Shown: positions 18,291 to 27,254, counted from the stretch's first letter. The stretch: DNA of 42,454 bases from Patescibacteria group bacterium (GCA_038063715.1 JBBTUO010000025.1:1-42454); one strand, 5' to 3'. The notes: generated by a model not told the origin, from the letters alone. Numbers and translations: made by a program.

Positions 18291-18941
18291 ATGACTTTTC
18301 ACATCATCACATTATTTCCAAATGCCTTTGATTCCTACCTAGGGGAGTCGATTTTGAAGCGGGCGATTGAGGACAAGAAAATCAAGGTACAATTTTACAA
18401 TCCGCGCGATTTTTCGGAGAAGAAATTCCGCCATATTGACCGCCCACCGTACGGCGGTGGCCCGGGTATGGTGATTCAGGCCGAGCCGGTTATTAGGGCA
18501 GTTGCTAGTTGTAAGTTGGAAGTTAAAAGTAAGAAGCCGAAGATAATCTGGCTAACACCAAGTGGTAAACAATTTACAAACGAATCCGCAAAAAAATTGG
18601 TTTCAAAATCCAAAGATATAATTATTATTTGTGGACGATATGAAGGAATCGATGCTCGTGTGAAAAAAGTTTTCAAGGTGGAGGAAGTTTCGGTTGGCCC
18701 ATTCATCCTGACCGGTGGGGAATTGCCTGCAATGCTCATGATTGATGTGATCTCGCGGCAGGTGGAAGGGGTGTTAGGTGATTTCAATTCGCTCGAAGAA
18801 TCTCGGACGGCAAATCCGAATGTTTATACTCGTCCTGAAGTTTTGGAATACAAAGGCAAAAAGTATCGCGTACCAAAAATTCTCTTGTCTGGTCACCGTG
18901 CCAAAATTGAGGCATGGAAGCAGTCAAAAATTAAAAAATAG
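18291..18941 (+). CDS. trmD: tRNA (guanine-N1)-methyltransferase
   Basis: ITLFP, DRPPYGGGPGMV, CGRYEGIDARV, ILTGGELPAM, YTRPE, LLSGH. Confidence 0.96.
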   Translation: MTFHIITLFPNAFDSYLGESILKRAIEDKKIKVQFYNPRDFSEKKFRHIDRPPYGGGPGMVIQAEPVIRAVASCKLEVKSKKPKIIWLTPSGKQFTNESAKKLVSKSKDIIIICGRYEGIDARVKKVFKVEEVSVGPFILTGGELPAMLMIDVISRQVEGVLGDFNSLEESRTANPNVYTRPEVLEYKGKKYRVPKILLSGHRAKIEAWKQSKIKK

Positions 18942-18952
18942 TTTTTTCGATA

Positions 18953-19636
18953 CTAGAGCTCGTAAATTACGTCCTTGCGTTCTACGACCACCTTCCAGCC
19001 GTTCATTTTGGCGTAGCGGTAGAGTTTTTGATTTGGATTAAAGCAGATTGGGTGTTCTACAAGTTCAAGCATTGGAATATCGCCTTCAGTGTCTCCCACG
19101 CCGTAGGAATCTTTTAGGGTTAATTTATCTTTTGCCACCGCTCGCCGTACCACATTTCCTTTGTTGGCAATCAGGTGTAGGTCCACCACTTCTCCGGTAA
19201 ATTTTTCGGATGGTCCAAGTTCATAAAATCGTCCGTACACTTTGTCGAACCCGAATTGTTTGCAGAATACGTCCAAGATGCCTTTTGGTGATTGCGAAAT
19301 AGCGAGCAGAAAATATCCCTTGCGTTTTAATTTCTTCGTGAGGTCGCGGGTGTAGCGGTACACTTTGTTTTGATTTGCTTTCACCACTTCAAGGCCAATG
19401 CGTTCGAAATCTTTGTAGCTCACGCCTTTAAGATTTTGCATAAACACTTCAATAATCGCCTCGATGTAGTCATCGTAGCTTCCTTCGCGATTAGTCCACA
19501 TTTTGTGACTGCGTTCGTACATAGCTCGGCTCTTTTTTGGGAATATGCCTTGAGTGATAAATGCTTCCACCAGTTCGATCAAGAGGCTTGAGCGAAATAT
19601 GGTTCCGTCAATGTCGAAAATGGCTACTTTTTTCAT
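18953..19636 (-). CDS. HAD-IB family hydrolase (SerB-like)
   Basis: FDIDGT motif I, ISQSP, K, GDTEGDIPML, NP. Confidence 0.88.
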   Translation of the reverse strand: MKKVAIFDIDGTIFRSSLLIELVEAFITQGIFPKKSRAMYERSHKMWTNREGSYDDYIEAIIEVFMQNLKGVSYKDFERIGLEVVKANQNKVYRYTRDLTKKLKRKGYFLLAISQSPKGILDVFCKQFGFDKVYGRFYELGPSEKFTGEVVDLHLIANKGNVVRRAVAKDKLTLKDSYGVGDTEGDIPMLELVEHPICFNPNQKLYRYAKMNGWKVVVERKDVIYEL

Positions 19637-20067
19637 TCTCGTAGTTTTTTATTGTAATTTTTTAAAAACACGTGAAGCTGAGAATGAACTGGAGAGGGAA
19701 GTGTGTCGAGCGTAAACCAGGAGACCTCGTCAAATTTGTGTGGCTCACCGTTTTTTGCTTGCGCACGGTCAACGAGCACTTTGAAGTCGAGTGCAACCCA
19801 GTGTGTTTTGATTCCAGCGTTTTCTCGATGTACATCGCGGTAGCCGAGAAATTCTTGGTTGAGCACATCGGTGCAATATTCCTCCCGAATTTCATTTTTT
19901 AAAGTTTCTTCTATAGGCACGCCGAATTCCGCCGCACCTCCGCCAATGTCCCATCGGCCCTGTTCATCACGAGAGTTTACCCCGCGTTTGTTCATCAAAA
20001 CATTTCCTTTTCCATCGTGGCAAAAGTAAACGATGGCCAGGCCGGTAAAATCAACACCTTTTTTCAT
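19633..20067 (-). CDS. NUDIX hydrolase
   Basis: WDIGGGAAEFGVPIEETLKNEIREEY (degenerate Nudix box), NGEPHKFDEVSWF. Confidence 0.85.
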   Translation of the reverse strand: MKKGVDFTGLAIVYFCHDGKGNVLMNKRGVNSRDEQGRWDIGGGAAEFGVPIEETLKNEIREEYCTDVLNQEFLGYRDVHRENAGIKTHWVALDFKVLVDRAQAKNGEPHKFDEVSWFTLDTLPSPVHSQLHVFLKNYNKKLRE

Positions 20068-20198
20068 AATGTAATTGTACAAAGTGGAGGTATAAAAAGC
20101 CAGAATTGACTAATTTTGCAATATAAGTAATCTTGTAATTAGTTAGTTCAACCCAACCCAACTACGTTAAATCGTGGTAATTCAGAGGAATCCTCACT

Positions 20199-20795
20199 AT
20201 GAGACCAAAAGTGTTAGTGTCGGTTACGGATAAGCGGAATCTCGGCGCGCTTGTGCCTCTCGCACGTAACGATTGGGAATTCATTTCGACCGGCGGGACG
20301 GCTAAAGAGCTGCGCACGCTTGGTGTGGTGGTTACGGAGGTCAGCGATTACACCGGATTTCCGGAGATGCTTGACGGACGACTCAAAACTCTCCACCCGA
20401 AAATTTTCGGTGGAATCTTGCCCGATCTCCGTGTCCCCAAGCACCGTGCCGAAATCGCGGAGCATCGCATTGAGCCGATTACCCTCGTGGTTGTGAATCT
20501 CTACGACTTCGCCAAACGGCCGAATATCAACGAGATCGACATAGGCGGGCCGTCGCTCTTGCGTGCAGCCGCCAAGAATGGTGCGACTGCCGTCCCGATT
20601 GTGGACCCCGATGACTATGAGCGCGTTGTCAGCGAGCTTCTCTCTACCGGCGTCTTGTCGCTCGTTACCCGCGGAGGCCTGGCCAGCAAGGTGTTCTGGG
20701 CAACCGCTGCTTACGATGCGATGATTTCCCAGTGGTTTATGGAGGAACTTGCAGCGGGAAGGAACCCGCTTAATACTCTGCCTGCAGGGCATTAG
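20199..20795 (+). CDS. purH: Stand-alone PurH N-terminal (IMP cyclohydrolase/MGS-like) domain
   Basis: LVSVTDK, STGGTA, YTGFPEMLDGRLKTLHPKIFGGIL, VVVNLY, IDIGGPSLLRAAAKN, TAAYD; no transformylase domain. Confidence 0.85.
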   Translation: MRPKVLVSVTDKRNLGALVPLARNDWEFISTGGTAKELRTLGVVVTEVSDYTGFPEMLDGRLKTLHPKIFGGILPDLRVPKHRAEIAEHRIEPITLVVVNLYDFAKRPNINEIDIGGPSLLRAAAKNGATAVPIVDPDDYERVVSELLSTGVLSLVTRGGLASKVFWATAAYDAMISQWFMEELAAGRNPLNTLPAGH

Positions 20796-20820
20796 GCCGA
20801 GGGCTCCTTCAATTGAGTTC

Positions 20821-20853
20821 GAACCGCGCAGGCAACTGCGCGGTTTTTCTTTT
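20821..20853 (+). terminator. Intrinsic terminator
   Basis: AACCGCGCAG-GCAA-CTGCGCGGTT followed by a T-run. Confidence 0.8.
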
Positions 20854-20862
20854 ACATATTTC

Positions 20863-20890
20863 TTGACACAAACGACAACTCTGATAGACT
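20863..20890 (+). promoter_or_regulatory. Putative sigma70 promoter of the metK leader
   Basis: TTGACA-N16-TAGACT with an extended TGn. Confidence 0.6.
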
Positions 20891-20907
20891 TTAATTACAA
20901 TTTAATA

Positions 20908-21045
20908 TTATCCAGAGGGTGGTTAGAGTAATTGGCTCGTTGACCCATCCAGCAACCCTTCACAGGTCGTGAAGAAGGTGCTCAACCCAATCCCGTAAGG
21001 GGAAGATAACCAAGCAAAAATCTTTCCACTCCGGGAAAGATTTTT
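20908..21045 (+). promoter_or_regulatory. SAM-I (S-box) riboswitch with downstream terminator
   Basis: TTATCCAGAG, kink-turn P2, CAGCAACC...GGTGCT, AGATAA closing P1 (21005-21009), terminator AAAAATCTTTCC..GGAAAGATTTTT; lies upstream of metK. Confidence 0.88.
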
Positions 21046-21129
21046 AATTTAAAATAACTAATTTCTAAATTATAGAGTTAGATATTGTATTGAGAATCAA
21101 AATTTATTAATTATTAATTAAAAAATTTT

Positions 21130-22188
21130 ATGAAGGTTCAGAATAGTACGTATACCGTCGAAAGTGTCACCTGCGGTCATCCCGACAAAGTCTGTGATCA
21201 GATTTCGGATGCGATTCTTGATGCCTGTTTGGCGCAAGACCCAAAGAGTCGAGTGGCGGTGGAAACATTCGGTAGCCACGGACATTTGGTTCTTGGTGGA
21301 GAGGTTACAACAAAAGCAAAGGTGAATTACAAAAAAATCGCCGCTGATGTGTACAAGAGTATTGGCTATACAAAGAAGCTCGATATCCAGGTGTTCATCG
21401 TTCAACAGTCATCAGACATAGCCCAGGGAGTAGACACAGGTGGAGCGGGGGATCAGGGCATTATGTACGGTTTTGCCACCAACGAAACGCCGGAATTCTT
21501 GCCTCTCGGTGTGGTGCTAGTACACAAGCTTGCCAAGGGCCTTGAGAAACTTCGCACTAGCGGAGCGATAAAGTGGTTGCAACCCGACGGAAAGACCCAG
21601 GTTACATTTCATAACGGTAAGATTCACACAGTGCTTGTGAGTACTCAACATGATAAGAAAGTTACTCACGCGGAGATCAAGAAAACTTTGACTGAAAAAT
21701 TAATCAACCCAATTCTCGGCGTTCATGCAAAGGGGATTGAGATTTTGGTAAATCCAACTGGTATTTTTGTGCAGGGAGGTTTTGAGGCAGATGCTGGGCT
21801 CACCGGACGAAAGATTATTGTGGATACTTATGGCGGATTGGTGCCACACGGCGGAGGTGCATTTTCTGGAAAAGATTTGACCAAGGTGGATCGTTCCGGC
21901 GCTTACATGTGCCGTTATGTTGCCAAAAACTTGGTAGCCAATGGTTACGCCAACGAAGCGATTGTCTCGGTGGCCTACGCTATCGGACATATTGATCCGT
22001 TGATGGTTTACGCTGTGAACGAAAAAGGGAAGGATTTGTCAGAGATAGTTAAAAAACATTTTGATTTCCGACCTCGCAAGATTATCGAGACGCTCGATCT
22101 TCTCAAGCCGATTTATCAGCAGACTGCTGCTTACGGCCATTTTGGGAAACTAGGTTTACCTTGGGAGAAAATTATCAAGATGAAGTAG
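21130..22188 (+). CDS. metK: S-adenosylmethionine synthetase
   Basis: ESVT.GHPDK.CDQISD, GAGDQG, DAGLTGRK, GGGAFSGKD.TKVDRS, TAAYGHFG. Confidence 0.97.
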   Translation: MKVQNSTYTVESVTCGHPDKVCDQISDAILDACLAQDPKSRVAVETFGSHGHLVLGGEVTTKAKVNYKKIAADVYKSIGYTKKLDIQVFIVQQSSDIAQGVDTGGAGDQGIMYGFATNETPEFLPLGVVLVHKLAKGLEKLRTSGAIKWLQPDGKTQVTFHNGKIHTVLVSTQHDKKVTHAEIKKTLTEKLINPILGVHAKGIEILVNPTGIFVQGGFEADAGLTGRKIIVDTYGGLVPHGGGAFSGKDLTKVDRSGAYMCRYVAKNLVANGYANEAIVSVAYAIGHIDPLMVYAVNEKGKDLSEIVKKHFDFRPRKIIETLDLLKPIYQQTAAYGHFGKLGLPWEKIIKMK

Positions 22189-22224
22189 GGCAGGTAGTCG
22201 CTAGATGTTAGACATTAGATAGGA

Positions 22225-22259
22225 AAGAACCCCCGGCCGCTTCGCGGCCGGGGGTTCTT
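22225..22259. terminator. Bidirectional terminator hairpin
   Basis: AAGAACCCCCGGCCGC-TTC-GCGGCCGGGGGTTCTT between convergent genes. Confidence 0.8.
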
Positions 22260-22271
22260 CTTAACTTGAAT

Positions 22272-22751
22272 CTATTTCACTATGATCACTCCTGTGTCGT
22301 TGGGACTATTCAAGTTGTAGTAAGCCCAAGCTCCCGGTGTAGTAAATCCAAAAAAGAATTTTCCACCCTTACCGAGCGGGTCGCCAGTCTGTGCAAAACC
22401 CGGGTAAGTATTTTCAGGCTTGTTCTCGTAAGAACGAATCACCATGGTCTTGTCGCTTGTGTTTGAAAATTCGACACTCTCACCGCGCTTAATCTCAAGG
22501 ATGAAAGGGGAGAAGCCTTTTGCGGTCAGCTGAACAACATTACCAGACGGTTTCTTGTAAGTGGTAGTTGTCTTGGCTGGAGTTTCAACAGTAGCTGTCT
22601 TCACCGTTTCTGTGGTGCTCGCGGTGGATTCGGTACCGGTCTCAACTGCGGCCTTATAGTCATTACCACGCTTGGCGCCAATCAATAATCCTAGAACGAC
22701 AACCACTATGATTGCGCCTACGATCATTTGAGTTTTATTTTTGTTTTCCAT
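22272..22751 (-). CDS. Membrane-anchored cupredoxin-fold protein lacking copper ligands
   Basis: TM helix, Thr-rich linker, GFSP..LEIKRGESVEFSN, F.FTTPGAW.YYN.....GVIIV. Confidence 0.65.
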   Translation of the reverse strand: MENKNKTQMIVGAIIVVVVLGLLIGAKRGNDYKAAVETGTESTASTTETVKTATVETPAKTTTTYKKPSGNVVQLTAKGFSPFILEIKRGESVEFSNTSDKTMVIRSYENKPENTYPGFAQTGDPLGKGGKFFFGFTTPGAWAYYNLNSPNDTGVIIVK

Positions 22752-22895
22752 ACTAAAATGATGTTTTTGTTATATTAAATACGACTATACTATTATACAC
22801 CTTACCTATGTATAAGTCAAGTATCAGGGGACTATGTTGTAAATAGGTAGATTACTACGATATACTAGCCCAATAAGGGACAATTTTAATTTATT

Positions 22896-23627
22896 ATGCA
22901 CCAAAATACTTTCATATCTATAATAGGAGCGTTGGTTCTTATTTCGGTCGTTGGTTTAGGGATTTACTCATCTCAGAAGACTGTGCCGAAAAATTCTACC
23001 GATAATTTCTCAGTAGATTCTACTGGCGGTACACTCAAGGTGACGGAGGTTCCAATAGAACAAACACCACCTCTAAATGAGGACGGCACGGAGATACTAC
23101 CAACTACTAATAGTAAGTCATCATCAGAACAAACAATGAAAACAGAAACAAAAAATTTGAACCATGTCACCATTGAGACCAACTTCGGAAAGATTGTCGT
23201 CGAGCTCTATCCAAAAGACGCGCCAAAGGCTTCTGCCAATTTCGTCACCCTCGCCGAGAAAGGTTTTTATAACGGCATTATTTTTCACCGCGTCATCCCG
23301 GGCTTCATGATTCAGGGTGGCGATCCAACCGGTACCGGCATGGGCGGTCCTGGCTACAAGTTTGAGGACGAGCTGAATCCTGCGACTCAATCATACAAAA
23401 CTGGTTACAAAAAAGGTGTACTAGCGATGGCAAATTCCGGTCCAAACACCAACGGTAGCCAATTCTTCATCATGCTCGCCGATTATCCGCTTCAAAACAA
23501 TTACACAATCTTCGGCCACGTAATTTCTGGTCAGGAAGTAGTGGATGCTATCGGCAAAAATCCCACCGGGGCTAACGATCGCCCGATTAAGGAGGTGGTT
23601 ATGAAATCGGTGATGGTGGGAGAGTAA
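22896..23627 (+). CDS. Cyclophilin-type peptidyl-prolyl isomerase with an N-terminal membrane anchor
   Basis: FHRVIPGFMIQGGDPTG.G.GGPGY, AMANSGPNTNGSQFFI. Confidence 0.95.
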   Translation: MHQNTFISIIGALVLISVVGLGIYSSQKTVPKNSTDNFSVDSTGGTLKVTEVPIEQTPPLNEDGTEILPTTNSKSSSEQTMKTETKNLNHVTIETNFGKIVVELYPKDAPKASANFVTLAEKGFYNGIIFHRVIPGFMIQGGDPTGTGMGGPGYKFEDELNPATQSYKTGYKKGVLAMANSGPNTNGSQFFIMLADYPLQNNYTIFGHVISGQEVVDAIGKNPTGANDRPIKEVVMKSVMVGE

Positions 23628-23666
23628 GGGTTTAGTGTTGGTCAAATTTATAACGGTGTTTAAGTT

Positions 23667-24536
23667 ATGGAACAAGAAATTATAAAGAATGTAAAAGAAC
23701 CATTATCTAGAAGTCACCTTTCGGACACAATAATTGTTACATTTTTAACTGCTTTCTCGTATTTTGTTGCGTTTCTATATCATCTTGGTTATCTATCGGT
23801 GTTTAATGTGCCTATTCAATTTGTTACTGTTACCCTAACAGATATTTTCATTGCCGTTTTGGCGGTTCTGGGTACTTTTTTTTCTTTGGCGAATATAATA
23901 AATGTGTTTATGCCGCTTATTCCTTTCGAAAAAAAAGATCATCCTGTTTTTATTGCGTCCGCTAGCATTTCTATATGGTTATTCATAGCAATGATCATAA
24001 TATATCTTTTCCATGATTTTTTATCCTTAGCTTATTGGCTAGGCATTTTCGGTGTCATTTGTTTTTTTGGAGCCATAGAGTTTTTGCTACCCATGTTTAA
24101 CCGAAAAGGAAAAACATATATTGAAAACATGACATCACAACAACAATTATCTACAAAATCTACTACCGTTATTGGTTTATTACTTCCTTCAGAATCCATA
24201 AATTTCAAATTATTATTTTTTGTTGTATTTGCGACATTCCTGGCGTTTACTTGTGGAATTTCAAATGCCTTGCGTCAGAAACAGTTTTTAGTATTTAAAA
24301 ACCCAACAAGTATTTCCATTGATATGGCGGTTGTCGGAGTATTTGATGGCAAAATACTTGCCGTGTCCTTTGAACCAGACACGAAAAAGCTCACTCATCA
24401 ATTACAAATTTTTGATACGAGTACTCTGAATTTACCTTTTGTGAATAAAAGTGTTGGACCCCTAAAATCGCAAAATAGTGAAGTAGTTACGGTCATCGCG
24501 ACAGTTAATCCAATCAATGTTCAGGGAAATAAATAA
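23667..24536 (+). CDS. Hypothetical multi-pass membrane protein (AT-rich)
   Basis: 289 aa with about 5 hydrophobic segments and a soluble C-terminal domain. Confidence 0.7.
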   Translation: MEQEIIKNVKEPLSRSHLSDTIIVTFLTAFSYFVAFLYHLGYLSVFNVPIQFVTVTLTDIFIAVLAVLGTFFSLANIINVFMPLIPFEKKDHPVFIASASISIWLFIAMIIIYLFHDFLSLAYWLGIFGVICFFGAIEFLLPMFNRKGKTYIENMTSQQQLSTKSTTVIGLLLPSESINFKLLFFVVFATFLAFTCGISNALRQKQFLVFKNPTSISIDMAVVGVFDGKILAVSFEPDTKKLTHQLQIFDTSTLNLPFVNKSVGPLKSQNSEVVTVIATVNPINVQGNK

Positions 24537-24569
24537 CATAATAATTTTAAATGGCACTAATCATGTTAT

Positions 24570-25340
24570 ATGGAACTGGCTCTAAGCAAAACTCTCGCTG
24601 AAAATTACACAAGTTCGTCACAGAAGATTCGTGTTTTGACCGAGCAGTGGGTCGGTGCAGAAATTTATTGTCCAAATTGTGGGCAAATTGATATTGGTAA
24701 GTACGCAAACAATAAACCTGTTGCCGATTTCTTTTGTGAAAATTGTAATGAGGAATACGAATTAAAAAGCAAGAAAGATGCCGTAGGAAATAAAATCGTA
24801 GATGGTGCATACCAAACCATGATTGAAAGATTGGGCCAGAGCAATAACCCGAATTTTTTCTTGCTTAATTATGACGTGAATTTGTTGACAGTTTTAAATT
24901 TTTTAGTAATCCCGAAGCATTTTTTTGTTCCCGAGATTATTGAGAAGCGAAAACCGCTTTCTGTTACTGCTCGTAGGGCAGGATGGACGGGTTGTAATAT
25001 TTTAATGGGCGGTATTCCACAGACAGGAAAGATTTTTTACATAAAGGACGGTGTTATTGAACCAAAAGAAAAGGTGTTGGCGGAATGGCAGAAGACATTA
25101 TTCTTGCGTGAGGAAAAAGAAATTTCCGCTAAGGGCTGGCTGCTCGATACTATGAGGTCAGTTGAGAGGGTCGGTAAAAAGGAGTTTGCGCTTGAAGATG
25201 TGTATAGATTTGAAAATGAATTGAGCGAGCTACATCCAGAAAACAAACATATCAAGGATAAAATCCGTCAGCAATTACAGGTTTTACGCGACAAAGGGTA
25301 TCTCGAATTTCTTGGAAGGGGGCTATACAGAGTTAGATAG
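24570..25340 (+). CDS. DpnI-family (Dam-replacing) methyl-directed restriction endonuclease
   Basis: SQKIRVLTEQWV, CPNCG, NNKPVADFFC..C.EEYELKSK, DGAY.TM, ARRAGW.GC, winged-helix HP.NKHIKDKIRQQLQVLRD. Confidence 0.9.
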   Translation: MELALSKTLAENYTSSSQKIRVLTEQWVGAEIYCPNCGQIDIGKYANNKPVADFFCENCNEEYELKSKKDAVGNKIVDGAYQTMIERLGQSNNPNFFLLNYDVNLLTVLNFLVIPKHFFVPEIIEKRKPLSVTARRAGWTGCNILMGGIPQTGKIFYIKDGVIEPKEKVLAEWQKTLFLREEKEISAKGWLLDTMRSVERVGKKEFALEDVYRFENELSELHPENKHIKDKIRQQLQVLRDKGYLEFLGRGLYRVR

Positions 25341-25375
25341 TTGACTTTGTTTTCGATTCGATCAACGATCAGGGG

Positions 25376-25807
25376 ATGGAAATAAGCAGGGAACTGGCTA
25401 TCAGAATTTTAAAATATTTGGACGAGCACAAGGATTTTTATTTTCCGTTTTTGGTTATGAATCAAGAGGACACTCCAGAAGACAATGATTTTGTTGAAAT
25501 TGAGCCGAATGAATGGGAAATGATTGCTGAAGATGATGTATACCAAACATTTCAGCTCTGGGAAAATTTAAAACATCTTGATGAGCGAACCACAAAACTT
25601 CTGGCGAAGGGATTTATCGAGGAAATCACAGATGAATCCCTAGAAAAGGCAATTTCAGGACTGGCTAAGGGGTGTAAAAAGTATTACAAGAAAGACGGAT
25701 GGTTTTCCCTTCATAAGGCTCTTGACTACGGAGACAACGAGTTTATTGGCGGTAAGGCGGAAGCGTTCGAGGATTGTTTAGAATTAATTAAGGAGTTTAG
25801 GAACTGA
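25376..25807 (+). CDS. Hypothetical acidic protein
   Basis: 143-aa ORF, D/E-rich, co-oriented directly after the DpnI-like gene. Confidence 0.65.
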   Translation: MEISRELAIRILKYLDEHKDFYFPFLVMNQEDTPEDNDFVEIEPNEWEMIAEDDVYQTFQLWENLKHLDERTTKLLAKGFIEEITDESLEKAISGLAKGCKKYYKKDGWFSLHKALDYGDNEFIGGKAEAFEDCLELIKEFRN

Positions 25808-25845
25808 TTGTGAAAATTTAGCATGTTTATGATAGTATTTAGTCT

Positions 25846-26715
25846 ATGCTCATCCCCCTCAAACAACTAAAAAACGGGTTTGCGATGCCGGAATTCGGCT
25901 TTGGGACGTGGCAAATGGGTGGACGGCATGAGCGGGATCTTGCAAACGACGACCAAGCTGATATTCACGCGATCAAAAAAGCGATTGAGTTTGGTGTGAC
26001 GCACATTGATACCGCCGAAATCTATGCTGGTGGGCACGCCGAGAGGCTTGTGGCACAGGCGATTGACGGCCACGAACGAGAAAAACTTTTTATAATTTCA
26101 AAAGTGCATGCAGAGAACATGTCATATGACGGCGTTCGGAAATCTTGCAAGGAAAGTTTGAAAAGACTTGGGCTTCAGTATCTCGATTTGTACTTGCTTC
26201 ATCGCTACAATCCGGATTTTCCTTTGAAAGAAACAATGCGCGCTTTGGACAGCCTTGTCGAAGAAGGTTTGGTAAAAAATATTGGCGTGGCGAATTTCGG
26301 TGTTACGCATTTGAAAGAAGCGCAGAGTTACACCAAAAATCCGATTGTCTATAATCAGGTACATTACAATCTTGAGTTTCGCGAGCCGGAACATTCCGGG
26401 CTCCTTGAGTATTGTCAGAAGCACGATATTCTTTTGGCGGCGTGGCGACCGGTAGGGAAAGGGAACTTGCTTGCAGAAATTCCAGAGATTGTGGAGAGGA
26501 TGGCTGTGAAGTATCAAAAGACTCCCGCCCAGATCGCCATCAACTGGCTCTTGTCTCAAAAGAATGTGGTTACGCTTTCAAAGACTAGAAGTGTCGAACA
26601 TCTTAAGGAAAATCTCGGCGCAGTGGGGTGGAAGATGAACGCACTCGATATTAAGGCTCTACGAAAGGAGTATCCCAACCAGAAGATGGTTTCGGATGTT
26701 ATCCCGCTGGCTTAG
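25846..26715 (+). CDS. Aldo/keto reductase
   Basis: GFGTW, IDTAEIY, ISKV, SLKRLG..YLDLYLLH, TPAQIAINWL. Confidence 0.93.
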   Translation: MLIPLKQLKNGFAMPEFGFGTWQMGGRHERDLANDDQADIHAIKKAIEFGVTHIDTAEIYAGGHAERLVAQAIDGHEREKLFIISKVHAENMSYDGVRKSCKESLKRLGLQYLDLYLLHRYNPDFPLKETMRALDSLVEEGLVKNIGVANFGVTHLKEAQSYTKNPIVYNQVHYNLEFREPEHSGLLEYCQKHDILLAAWRPVGKGNLLAEIPEIVERMAVKYQKTPAQIAINWLLSQKNVVTLSKTRSVEHLKENLGAVGWKMNALDIKALRKEYPNQKMVSDVIPLA

Positions 26716-26762
26716 AGATATCAGATTTTTCATATTTACGCCATGGCGTATATATACCTACT

Positions 26763-27254
26763 TTAGAAAGCCTCCAATTCTTGAGTTAATTTCAACACGA
26801 GTTTTTTGGCGTCGGATTCAGGGTAACTTTCTAAAAGTTCACGAATCAAAAGAATATAAAAATTGTGGTATGTACTTTTCGGGTCTGCTTTTATTTTATT
26901 AATCTCGACAACTCTCAGGTTATCGACAAAATCTGCTAGTTTTAGTATTTTCGCCTTTGGGCTTACTGTCCTTAGTTTTTTATAAAACTCCAATTTTTGC
27001 TCCCTATTGTAATTTTTAGGATGAGAAACTTCCTCGACTAAATCCGCAACGGGTTTTGAGAACGTTTTTACCAGTTCATCATAGGTTGTGTCGGTGTCTT
27101 CAAGGGTGTCGTGCAAAATTGCCGCAGTAAGCAGCTCTAAATCATCAATATGAAATTCATCTTGTAAAACTGCAAGCACTCGCATAAAGTGGTTTTCCAT
27201 GCCCGCACCCCTAAATTTTTTAGTTGCAAAATCTATAGCTAAATCTAGATTCAT
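26763..27254 (-). CDS. HD-domain hydrolase, small alarmone hydrolase/Mesh1-like
   Basis: H..RV, AAILHDTLEDT, VADLVEEVS, KLADFVDNLR. Confidence 0.8.
   Translation of the reverse strand: MNLDLAIDFATKKFRGAGMENHFMRVLAVLQDEFHIDDLELLTAAILHDTLEDTDTTYDELVKTFSKPVADLVEEVSHPKNYNREQKLEFYKKLRTVSPKAKILKLADFVDNLRVVEINKIKADPKSTYHNFYILLIRELLESYPESDAKKLVLKLTQELEAF

Noticed and set aside
20214-20792. 192-aa minus-strand ORF
   Set aside because: Antisense shadow of the purH-domain gene
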